From the human T2T-CHM13v2.0 reference genome, Homo sapiens, in assembly GCF_009914755.1 (NCBI RefSeq), contig NC_060937.1: a stretch of DNA of 64,000 bases, one strand, 5' to 3'. A program made the translations under genes and the position numbers. The stretch's first letter is position 1. Each line of letters begins with the position of its first letter. The notes beneath the pieces were generated by a model. It worked only from the letters and a program-made list of their open reading frames with translations. It was not told the origin of the DNA and ran no database searches. Positions 42,535 through 54,110 of this stretch are shown here, one piece after another.

Positions 42535-43271
42535 TTGCAAATCAAAACCACAATGAGATACCATCTCACACCAGTTAGAATGGCGATCATTAAAAAGTCA
42601 GGAAACAACAGATGCTGGAGAAGATGTGGACAAATAGGAACACTTTTATGCTGTTGGTGGGAGTGTAAATTAGTTCAACCATTGTGGAAGACAGTGTGGC
42701 AATTCCTCAAGGATCTAGAACCAGAAATACCATTTGACCCAGCAATCCCATTTCTGGGTATATAACCAAAGGATTATAAATCATTCTACTATAAAGACAC
42801 ATGCACACATATGTTTATTACAGTACTGTTCACAATAGCAAAGACTTGAAACCAACCCAAATGCCCATCAATGATAGACTGGATAAAGAAAATGTGGCAC
42901 ATATACACCATGGAATACTGTGCAGCCATAACAAAGGATGAGTTCATGTCCTTTGCAGGGACATGGATGAAGCTGGAAATCATCAGCAAACTAACACAGG
43001 AACAGAAAACCAAACACCTCATGTTCTGACTCATAAGTGGGAGTCGAACAATGAGAACACATGGACACAAAGAGGGGAACATTACATACCGGGGCCTGTC
43101 AGGGGATGGGGGATTAGGGGAGGGATAACATTAGGAGAAATACCTAATGCAAATGACGGGTTGATGGATGCAGCAAACCACCATTGCACGTGTTTACCTA
43201 TGTAACAAATGTAACAAACTTGCACGTTCTGTACATGTACCCCAGAACTTAAAGTATTAAAAAAAAAAAAA
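42535..43271 (+). mobile_element. 5'-truncated L1PA (about L1PA7/8): ORF2 C-terminus, 3' UTR and poly-A
   Basis: [27 protein letters not shown] = L1 ORF2 C-terminus; TSD AAGAAA(T/C)TGC at 42525-42534 and 43272-43281. Confidence 0.95.
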
Positions 43272-43887
43272 AAGAAACTGCCATGGCCACCTCAACCTTC
43301 AGCACTCATCACCCTGATGAGTCAGCAGCCATCAACATTGAGGCAGTACCCTCTAACAGAAAACAGATTACAACTTGCCAAAGGTTCAGATGATTCTTAA
43401 CATTTTCTAGCTATAAAGTATTCATAAATTAAGGTATGTACATTTTGGGACATAATGTTATTGCACACTTAATAGACTACAGTGTAGTGTAAACATAACT
43501 TTTATAAAATATGCACTGGGAAGCCAAAAAATAATGTGACTTGCTTTATTGTGATATTTGCTTTATTGCAGTAGTCTGGAACTAAACCTGCAAAATCTCC
43601 AAGGTATGCCGATAACTATGTACTGTCATTTAAAACATCTGTGTTGTTAAACCTTATAAACAGCACAGCACAATGTTGAATTTATTCAAAGTTAGTTGTA
43701 GATCTAATTACAAATATTCTGTCTTTGAGAAAATAATTGACAATTATTTTCTCTTGCTACCCAATTTCTTGAATTAAGCAAAATCTAAAATCTCTGCATC
43801 TGTAAGAGGTTTGTTTGAAAGATATCCAAAACAAAATCATTAACAAAAATACTTCAGAAAATACTGAATAAAAATCATAAGTCCAAA

Positions 43888-43925
43888 TACACATGCACGC
43901 ACACACACACACACACACACACACA
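43888..43925. repeat. (CA)n microsatellite
   Basis: Directly visible. Confidence 0.95.
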
Positions 43926-44049
43926 AAATCAATCAATCAACAGTGAAAAATAAAACACAAATTCTAAGTTCTTTAACCCAGTGTGTTCACCAAAAACCAT
44001 AAACTCTATTTTTGGGCACCTTTCATCTATTTTCAGATAGAGGGTGAGT

Positions 44050-44625
44050 TTATTAGTGTGGGATGGTCTCAGGCACATGTAACAGTAACAATAGAATTGT
44101 AACTGTAGCCAAAGCCATCAAGACATTCATATTCCACATAACAAGATAGCTGGAGATAGGAAAAGCAATGGTGGAGCTGGGTCTCAAAAATGTTCTCAAG
44201 AGCCAGTCGCTTTCTTCTTTTCACTCTGCCATTTTTGGCAGTTGGCCTTTTAATCTAACGTTTGTCATTTCCGTCTCCCAATGTGGCTACTGCAGTTCCA
44301 GGAATAACATCTGAAAGCAGCCTTAGCCACTGCTGTCTATGAGGAAGAAAGCACACTTTCCAGGACACGCAGGCCCCTCTATAGGAGACTTCTCATGTTG
44401 CTCTAATCTGAAGTGGGTCACTCTACCACCCTTAGCTGCAGGAAAGCTGAGAAATTCAGTGTCTCAAAAAATAGAATCAAATTGTCATGATGGGTTTAAA
44501 CAACACACAATTTATCACATGATGCTGAACATACTGCTACCCCAAATACAGTCAGTGTCTGAAGGCAAGGAAAGGAGGCACATCCTGGGAGAGCTGTTGG
44601 TTGGACAACTCCAAGTATTGCATCT
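44050..44625 (-). mobile_element. Old MaLR LTR (MLT1K/L-like)
   Basis: TGGCTACTGCAGTTCCAGG, CTTAGCTGCAGGAAAGCTGAGAAAT and CTGCTACCCCAAA motifs; boundaries approximate. Confidence 0.6.
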
Positions 44626-45602
44626 ACAAAAAGTAGCTCTTCCATCAGCATCAGCAGTGTTTTTATTGCTATAACATGATTTACTTCCATTTTATGTATT
44701 CTTTATTCTGATCTCCCCTATATTTGATTAATTCTGATCATTCTCCAATACTGTGATCTAAACATAATTCATACTTTTAATGTCAATCTAGAAATCCAAT
44801 CTGCATCACTGAGATAAACAATGTGAAATAAGTTTGAAGCTTCATTTCATGATTTTAACAGAACAAATGGTTCTGTGGTAACCTTTTTCTAAGGGCCTCT
44901 AGCTATTTCTCCTGGCCTTTGCTGCTCACTTCCTCCTGCACATACTAAGCCCCACCGTGCTTTGCTTTGGAATTCATGGCCACTGCAGAGAGTTTTTGCT
45001 ACTGGGAAGAACGTATACCATATGATTGATGCTAGAAAAAAATATTCTTTGTGACTCATGTTCTAAAAAGTCTACAATCTATTTTGGAAATTGTTAATTC
45101 ATCGGAACTGCGCAGAAGAGATGTGTGGTTATATCTGTATGTTTGGCCTTGAAAGTGTTTATTAGTTTCTCTGATTAGAGAAATTACACAGAATTGGCTC
45201 TTTCTGCATTATATGCATTTTTTGTTTTATAGGAAACAAGCATATACTGGCACACGAATTATGGATTTGTATATTATGGCTAGAGAAGGTTATATTTGTG
45301 TCAGTATCTTTATTTCAAGGGACAATTGGAGTGAGAAAACTAGAGTCAAATTTATCACAACCACACCTTCACCAATACAACAATGTCCTGAAATGCAGGG
45401 TGAAGGAAGTTCCTATTACATCACCACCAACTTGGAGACATGAAGTGAGTGTGAAACATGGGGAAATTATCACCATCAGTGTCTACTTGTTTGAGTGTAC
45501 ACATAGAAAAGTAAATAAAACTCATTTTGTTAAAAGGAATACTCTTGCTAAAAGCAACTTTGCTATTTTTGCTTCTAACAGGAAATGGCAGCACGGTGTT
45601 AT

Positions 45603-46424
45603 TGATATGGGAGTGCTGGGAAGGGAAGAGCATGGTCCCTTTAAGTGATACTGAAGTGGAGGAGACAAGTGCTGGGTAGAGGAGGGCATGATCCCTGACT
45701 ACAGCTCCAACCCCACGGACCTAGGTGAGGACAGTCATTTCCTGCTCAAATGTTGCATTTCCCAAGACCACCCTGGCCTGCCACGCCCCCTTCCTGGGCC
45801 TATAAAAACTGGAGACCCCTAGCGGGCAGATACAGAAAGGGCTGGACATCGAGAGAAGCAGATGGGCAGAAGACACAAGGTGTTGTATGGCAATCGGACA
45901 TCGAGGGGAGCACCCCCACATGCCTGCAGGCCATCAACCGGCAGGACAAGGCAGAGTTTGGCCGGGGCACTTGGAGGAGAGCCCTGGCCGCCAAGCAGCC
46001 AACTCCAGGGGAAAACCATCTCCCTTCTGGCTCCCCCATCTGCTGAGAGGTACTTCTACTCAATACAATCTTGCATTTATTCTCCAAGCCCACGTGTGAT
46101 CGGATTCTTCCTCTATACCAAGGCGAGAAACCCCGGGATACAGAAAGCCCTCTGTCCTTGTGACAAGGAAGGGGGTCTAATTGAGTTGGTTAACACCAGC
46201 TGCCTATAGATGGCAAACTAAGAGAGCACCTTGAGACACACGTCCACTGGGGATTCAGGAACTGTAAACACTCACCCCTAGATACATACTGCCGTAGGGT
46301 CGTAGCCCCACGGCCTGCCCATCTGTATGCTCTCCTAGAGGTTTGAGCAGCTGGGCAGTGAAGAAGCGAGCCACACCCACATCACACACCGTGCGAGGGC
46401 GATAAAAGAACCTTTCCCATTTCA
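45603..46424 (+). mobile_element. Solo ERV1 LTR, LTR1 family (HUERS-P2 type)
   Basis: TGATA...TTTCA ends, 4-bp TSD TTAT (45599-45602 and 46425-46428), CCACGCCCCC GC-box and CTATAAAAA TATA box near 45781-45808. Confidence 0.85.
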
Positions 46425-46649
46425 TTATTTTTACCTGGTGTTCCTTTCATAAAGTACCCTAAATTTGAGATGGAAGAGTAGATTCTAGAATAGCATATTT
46501 CTGGCAGTATTAAACACTTTATATGATTAAATTACAGTTTCCTAGCTTTCTTGCCATTGATACTGAGAAAGAAACTCTAACACAGAGCCCTATATGAGAT
46601 GGTTATTCAGTGCCAGGTGCATTTTATGATCACACAGACATGTAGGTAT

Positions 46650-46880
46650 AACGAGAGAGCACTAGCTTCATGCCATGGGAAGAGTGGGCGATCTGAATTC
46701 TTATGTGACTGGATTCAAACTCTGTCCTGGGAATATCGCTTAACTCCTGAGACTTTGTTTCCCTATCTGTAGAATAAAGATAATTATGTGCATATCTCTC
46801 TGGCTTGTTGTAAAAATCAAATAGAATAAAACATGTAAGAGTGCTTTGTAAAATGAAGCAAACTCTGCAAATATTTGTTA
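46650..46880 (+). mobile_element. MIR
   Basis: CTTAACTCCTGAGACTTTGTTTCCCTATCTGTAGAAT...GTGCTTTGTAAA. Confidence 0.7.
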
Positions 46881-47670
46881 TGAAATAAAGGATGTATAGA
46901 TATACACATGTACCCTTTAAAGTTCTCTCTAGTATTAAAAATAAAATGTACCTGCAATTTTTGTTATTTATGTTTTCACAAAATCAATTTTAAAACACTG
47001 ATATCTGTCACTTTTTTATTCCATTTTGCAAGAATGTGAAATAGAAAGGCAGATGATAAATTCTAAGGTGTTCGGTACTGACAGTTAAACAGTATTCTTG
47101 AAAACTTGAAGCATAGCTTGGGGAAAATTTAAAACCACTTTTGTTTTCTGTTTGTTTCTTTAAAGAATAGAACACTATGCAATGGAAACATGTCTAAGGC
47201 TGATGGAAAACCTCATCAAGGATAATTTCCTTCACAGTCTTTTCATGTACTAATTGCTATAAAATTTACCTTTAAAGGTTTATAGATTATTTCTTGATAT
47301 TTATAAGCATTCTGTGTAAGAATGAATTATTTTGAGACTATCGGCCATTAAGTTAATAAAATAATATGCTGGGCTGCTTAAATTAATATTTCTTGCAGGA
47401 ATTATTTCATGTATATACCTACATCAGTCAGTGAGGTCTGGATTCAGATTTAACAATATTAAATAAGACTTGGTCCTTGCATTCAGTTTATATATTCAAG
47501 GGAGAAATAAGAAAGGCACCAGAAATGCATACAGGTATGTGTACATATGCATATGACAAAATCATATATATAGAGAGAGAGACAGAGACATAGAAAGAGA
47601 CTTATGGCAATGCATAAATTATCATAAATTTATTTTAACTAATAAATTATTCTTCAACCCTATTATTTCA

Positions 47671-47986
47671 TTTTATTTATTCATTTATTTATTTATTTTT
47701 TATTTTTTATTTTTTTTGAGACTGAGTTTCGCTCTTGTTTCCCAGGCTGGAGTGCAATGGAGTGATCTCAGCTCATTGCAACCTCCGCCTCCTGGGTTCA
47801 AGTGATTCTCATGTAGCTGGGATTACAGACATGCACCACCACGTCTGGCTAATTTTTGTATTTTTTGCTAGAGATGGGGTTTCACCATGTTGGCCACGCT
47901 GGTCTCGAACTCCTGACTTCAGGTGATCCACCTGCCTTGGCCTCTCAAAGTGTTGGGATTACAGGTGCGAGCCACTGTGCTGGGTC
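47671..47986 (-). mobile_element. AluS with a small internal deletion near 47810
   Basis: (TTTA)n tail and Alu body; GATTCTC runs almost directly into GTAGCTGG, lacking CTGCCTCAGCCTCCC. Confidence 0.93.
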
Positions 47987-48093
47987 CAAATCTTTTATTT
48001 TTAACACAACATATTAAAATATGTTATCATATACAATATGCATGATACAAGTCAAGTCTAGTTTTTCAATAATATCAAAGTTTCTCAACTTTA

Positions 48094-48612
<519 letters not shown>

Positions 48613-49514
48613 GTATTTGAGTTTCACTATTTATTTGAGTTTAGATATGTAATATGCATGATCTCATAAATTAAAATTTGCTTATTTTTCATGTTTCTAA
48701 TTTAAGGTTAACCACACTGTATGTTTTACTGGTTGTCCCAAATACTAACGAGGCAATCTGGCTAAAGGTTTATGTCTATTATATGAGACAGGTACTGACA
48801 ATATGTGTGTGGCCAGAAAAAGCTTGTAGTGTATCACTGGAATTGTAGTGGTAGTGCAATTTCAGAAGTGACCTAGAGAATGCATACCTGCCACTAAATA
48901 TACTTCATTAAAAAATTCTATGGAACCATTGATGGTGTGCATATACATAATTTTTTTTCACATGACTAGTGAGTTTAACAATTACGTTTAACTTGTCTGT
49001 ATTATTATAGATTTTAAAAGGATCATTTAACATATCACCATACGATCTCTTTGATAGTAATATATCAAAATAACAATAAATATATGCATTTGCAAGTGTT
49101 TTGACAATGATTCTCTTGTTTTGCCAGGATGCAGTGCTATAGATTTCCATTGTGAATCAAGCCGTACTTTGAATAGGTAAATAATATAGGCTCTCAATAT
49201 GAACTGAGTATATGATTGATGCTGTTCCATAAATTACAAGTACAAAAATATATAGGTGACATGCAATAATTCCTCAAAGCATTATCTAAGTCTGTACACA
49301 TGTTATCTAGGACAAAAGAACAATTCCCATTTTTTTAGGGAGGCTTAATTTATAGATATTGACTTACTAAAACTACATACATGGCCATCACTAAATTTCT
49401 TTCTTATGGATTTTTTATTATAGTAATTGTTTCTATAAATTTAATATAGCACTGCCTATTTATAGTATTGATATTGTAACAACTCTTCCATCACTTGCCA
49501 AACTTACTTTGTCA

Positions 49515-49577
49515 ATGTCCATATAATATTCCATAATATGGACGTAATATTATATGTCCATAATATTATATGGACAT
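49515..49577. repeat. Compound inverted repeat
   Basis: ATGTCCATATAATATT (49515-49530) is the exact reverse complement of AATATTATATGGACAT (49562-49577). Confidence 0.9.
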
Positions 49578-49749
49578 CTTTAAACGTTGTAAAATGACTT
49601 GTATGAATAATCAAAATATTCTATCCCTATGAAAAATGAGCTACCACTTCAAATCCCTATCAAGTTATGATTTTATTGGGTGAATTTTAGAAACATACCT
49701 GAAAGTTTCCCCTCACCTCTATTACCAACCCCACTTTTTACTTTTCCTG

Positions 49750-50095
49750 AGTTAATCTGATGGATAATTCAAGCCAGATGCAATGAAGACTAAGCACCTA
49801 TGGAATTAACTTGACCATGTAAGCTTGTAGACCAGGATCAGTGAAACTTTGGATGAGAACCAGAAGATATCTCACTCTGGGAAGATCTTGGCTTGTAGAA
49901 ATCTGTGTTGCAGAGTTCTCCATCAGCACTGAGTCCTCAAATGGATGAGACATATAGAGTAGAACCACAGCTTTCCTGGTGCCGAACCATACACAGCATC
50001 CAACATGTTTTCCCTGGCTTTGTTTTCATGGTTGAGAACTGATACTTGTTTTAAAACCACTGAGATTTTAGGGAAAATTTGTGCTGTAACAAATT
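49750..50095 (+). mobile_element. MLT1-like MaLR LTR fragment
   Basis: 3' end TTGTTTTAAAACCACTGAGATTTTAGGG...TTTGTG; boundaries approximate. Confidence 0.5.
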
Positions 50096-50479
50096 TATGC
50101 CGACACTATACAACCCCAACAACCATGCCTGAGCTAGAAAGAGCCGACGCTGAAATCAAGCCAATGTGTCCCAATATCTGGAGAGAGATAGTTCAGAGAA
50201 ATACAAAACGACCTAATGACCTAGAATTGCTCAAGGAGAGAGATGACCTCTAGAAATTCAAATGCAATACCACAGATAATTCTACTGCTAACAAATCTGA
50301 TTTCCTAATTAACGATTCAGTTAATAAAGGGATGGTTCCAGTTGAGGGCCAAATGAGTGCCCTAGAAAATCAAATGCAATTGGTATTACAAAGCCCAGGG
50401 AAAAAACCAAACAACATATTATTTTTAAAAAGTGATAAATCGTGAAGCAAAGATGAGAGATTTTTATGAGTAATTATGT

Positions 50480-50900
50480 GGCACAAGTATAAAAACTCAG
50501 CAATTTATGTGGAAAAATAAACAGCCAAGACAGCTAATAATAGAGTAAAAAAAAATCTCAGAAAATTCTGTAAGAATTATTGTGATCAAATAATATGTAT
50601 TAGTAGAAGAATAATTTACATAAATAAAAGAGATATATACAGGTCCACATAGAAGAAAATTTATATATGTGTGTGAATTTAATATAATGACATTGGTGAT
50701 AGCTCAATTCTATGTGAGAAGGATCAATTATTTAATAAAAGTTGCTGGCATAAAAAGTGCTAGTAATCCATCTTGAGGAAAATAAAATTGAATCTCTATA
50801 TTGCATTACATAAAAATGCATTTCAGATGGATTAAACACTTAAATAGAACAAACCAACCTAGAAAAATGGTTTTATTAATTAGTTCCCACAGGCGAGTAC
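50480..50900 (+). mobile_element. Old L1M ORF2 fragment
   Basis: TTATTTAATAAAAGTTGCTGG...GAAAATAAAATTGAATCTCTAT...CAGATGGATTAAACACTTAAAT. Confidence 0.6.
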
Positions 50901-51285
50901 ACCAAAATATATAAAATATAAAATAAATATACTGAAATATGTGTTCGTATACACACAAAAATAGTTACATTTTAAGTGCATTATAAATTCTTTGCTATTT
51001 GCTAAGTGGTGTTATAATTTTAACAACTTGCAAAGTTTTCAATCTACAGAATTAATATATAGGTAGACACTTTTCAAACTAAATATAGATTGTCTTTAAC
51101 TTTATTTTTTTGATGTTTGGAATTAGCCATAATGTTTCTATTTTGGCATGATTGATAGTTGATGTTGTATATCACATATCACTGTGTTACCGCATTGAAA
51201 AATTATAATCTGTCTACTCAACAAACCAGCATTCCAAGACTGGGGTTTTTGCCCTTTGTTCTTACTCCAGAAGTCCTCTGGCAAA

Positions 51286-51567
51286 TTTTTGTTTGAGACA
51301 GGCTCCATCACCCAGGCTGGAGTGCAGTAGATTACAGCTCACTGCAGCCTTGACCTCCTGGACTCAAGCAAGCCTCCCACCTCAGCTTCCTGAGTAGCTG
51401 GGACTACAGGCATGCACCACCACACCCAGCAAATTTTTTCTATTTTTTGTACTAACAGGGTCTCACTATGTTGCCCAACCTTGTCTCAAACTCCTAGGCT
51501 CAAGGGATTCTCCTGCTTCAGCTTCTTAAAATGCTGAGATTACAGGCATGAGCCACCTTACCCAGCC
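51286..51567 (-). mobile_element. AluJ
   Basis: CAGCTCACTGCAGCCTTGACCTCCTGGACTCAAGC, CTCCTAGGCTCAAG. Confidence 0.9.
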
Positions 51568-51943
51568 AACATTTGTTTATTAGTATACAACTACATGTTC
51601 ACTGCCTCCTTATAAATCTACCTTCTCCACTGCAAATCCCATGAAGAAATTTCCATCTGTATATGCCTAGTTTGTAGCATGATTTTCTTGTTCCCACAAA
51701 ACACAAAATGAGTGAAGAAGCCTCATCGATGACACACATACATTCTTAGCAGCTTAAAATATAATCAGTTTCTGTTATGATAAGAACACGGAGAGCTAGT
51801 AACAGTCTTAAAATGTTCAGACTTCATTGTCCTCAAACAGAATAAACCACTTCTATTGCAGAACTCTTAGAAACTGAGTGATTTTCTGATTCCTCCTGAT
51901 TTTCATAAACACAGAAACACAAGCAGTAGGTAGAAATACTTCT

Positions 51944-52077
51944 TTTTCTATTGTACTTTAAGTTCTAGGGTACATGTGCACAACGTGCAGATTTGTTACA
52001 TATGTATACTTGTGCCACATGGGTTTGGTGCACCCATTAACTCATCACTTACATTAGGTATTTCTCCTAATGCTGTC
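51944..52077 (-). mobile_element. L1PA 3' terminus (134 bp) with TSD
   Basis: TACTTTAAGTTCTAGGGTACATGTGCACAACGTGCAG...TTTCTCCTAATGCT; TSD GTAGAAATA(C/T)TTCT at 51930-51943 and 52078-52091. Confidence 0.93.
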
Positions 52078-52561
52078 GTAGAAATATTTCTAAATCTTGT
52101 ATTCTCTTTTCTGACTTCTCGAGGAGAATATGCTGTATAAAAGGGATGATCTAGGGTCATAATTAGAGATAGAAATATCTGTCCTTTGCTTAAGGCCACC
52201 AGTGCCATTAAGGCCTCCTGAGTTCTTCAGAGTTTTTGACTTTTACCAAAAGTTCTGAGAGGGTGATTTTTCCATTAATGCTTTCTCTGTAGATTTCCTA
52301 AGACCTGAACACTGTTATACCGGTCGGCTTCATGTGGTGCTGCTCTCAAGGGAAAACTTGTTGCTGTCCATCTCTTCTAATTTGCTTTTTAAATCTGTGG
52401 ACCTTAAAAACAGATAACTAAAGTGGAAAGAATAGGAGAGGATTTTTTAAGGGTGTAGTTCATGAGATTCAGCACAAGGTTTATTTATTTTTTACATCTA
52501 TTACCTCGATTTCTGTGGCTTTTATTTTACTGGTTTTGTTTTTAATTTTTGTCTTTTTCAG

Positions 52562-52593
52562 ATCAATTCGTAATGTTTAACTGTTTTTAATAG
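52562..52593 (+). other. Candidate 32-nt cassette exon, or recursive splice site at 52593/52594
   Basis: Long U-rich tract ending TCTTTTTCAG, and TAG|GTGAGG 32 nt later; stop codons in all three frames. Confidence 0.3.
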
Positions 52594-53339
52594 GTGAGGT
52601 GGTGGTCTAAGAGAGTGTTTTAAGGAAGAGAGTTATCAGTTGTGTAAATCTATAGCTTGCTGAACTATTTTTTTTAATAGACTAATCAAAGCACATAAAA
52701 TTCAGAAAAAAAAATTCCTGATGCAAAAAACTATGAGCAAAGCTAAACAATTAAAATCTCAGAACGTGTTCTAAGTAAGCCTTTTTTCTCATAGGTAAAA
52801 GTTAAATCTGGATAAATGTATTTCCTTAGTTAGAACTTTTTGTGACATTTCTTTGCCCAGCATATCTGTCCCTGCTTCAGGCTATGCTGTTGAGAATGAC
52901 AGCTTGTCTTAAGTTAGTCTACCAATTCTTTTAGCTAATTAAATCCTCAGTTTATAGAAATGAGATATACTCTCACTTTGATTGATATATACATTATTTA
53001 CTGGCTTCTTAGCTTCTTAGTTTCTCCTGAACATCTGTTTTAAACTAATGCTAAACTTCAGTAAACTCTTTCACTGCCTCTTACAAAATAGGCACTTCTT
53101 TTGCCTCCCCTCTTTAAATGAAAGCACACTTGGATAGGATTCAGATATATGGATTGTGTTTGATAAGTCCATAGTTGTTCTTTTTTAAACAGTGGTTAAG
53201 GATCACTTGGCTTAAAGCACAATAGGAAAATTTAATAAGAGCCTGGTTTTCGCTGAAATTCTCTCGTAAATTTTGCCACCTAGAACGGAACAGATTTTGG
53301 CCAAGGAAATGGTGTGTGTGTTGGGTGAGGGCAGGAGAT

Positions 53340-53341
<2 letters not shown>

Positions 53342-53389
<48 letters not shown>

Positions 53390-53400
53390 AGAGAGAGAGA
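53342..53400. repeat. (TG)n-(GA)n compound microsatellite
   Basis: About 22 TG units followed by (GA)6. Confidence 0.95.
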
Positions 53401-53819
53401 CTGTGCTCAGTGAATATGTAGTGAGGAACTACAGTACTGTGATCAGCGAGGAATGTAAATATCCCATATTAGAGCGTTAAGTGACTTGTTGGTTTCCAAG
53501 TACAACACTTGAAAAGCTGATTATCTTCTCTTTAGTTCGTATACTTTCCACAAAGTAGCTGGCATTGATTTGAATTGTTTGGGTAATACTTAACTATTTT
53601 GAGAGTTGAACTTGTACACTGTATCATGTAAATGCAATTCCTTTATTCCTTTTGTTATATTATCACTTTCTCAGTTAAGCTTAACATAGCATATGTGTTT
53701 TTCTCATAGAAAGGTAAGTTTTTAATGCAGGTTTTTATTAAACAATCATTGATTACTTGTCATGGTCCATTTCTCTCTTCCTCTTTCCTTTAGACATATG
53801 TTCTATTAGTCACACCTAG

Positions 53820-54110
53820 TGCAGGTACTTTGGGTTAAGCTGATTCCACATCGCGGGACTGTGATACTGGTAGGCCCCATCTCCTATTCTCTAAACTTTG
53901 CATCAATGAAATTGATTCAGGTCACCTAGACCTAAGCCATATGTGCATGGCATTCCCCTGGCCACAAAGTTTGGTTCTCAAATGGGTATGTATGACTCAA
54001 TTTGGATCAATGAAATGAGGGAGAAGATTTGTGCTCGGGTTTCTGAGGAATAAACTCCCTTAAAAGAGATCTTAAAGAGAAATGTCACAGAAAAGATACT
54101 CGCTGTTTGT
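53820..54110. mobile_element. Old ERVL/MaLR LTR fragment (LTR16/LTR33/MLT-like)
   Basis: ATTCCCCTGGCCAC...GGGTATGTATGACTCAATTTGGATCAATGA...TTTCTGAGGAA. Confidence 0.5.

Larger units (their letters stand above)
40293..43400 (+). pseudogene. Decayed Tigger1 transposase (TIGD1-like, CENP-B/pogo DDE family)
   Basis: Fragments [92 protein letters not shown], with many stops and frameshifts. Confidence 0.9.
39871..43612 (+). mobile_element. Full-length Tigger1 (TcMar/pogo) DNA transposon with two nested insertions
   Basis: TA|CAGGCATACCT left end and AGGTATGCC..|TA right end (inverted termini, TA target); internal transposase remnants. Confidence 0.93.

Noticed and set aside
40293-43400. Functional domesticated transposase (TIGD1)
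   Set aside because: Multiple stops and frameshifts plus two large insertions
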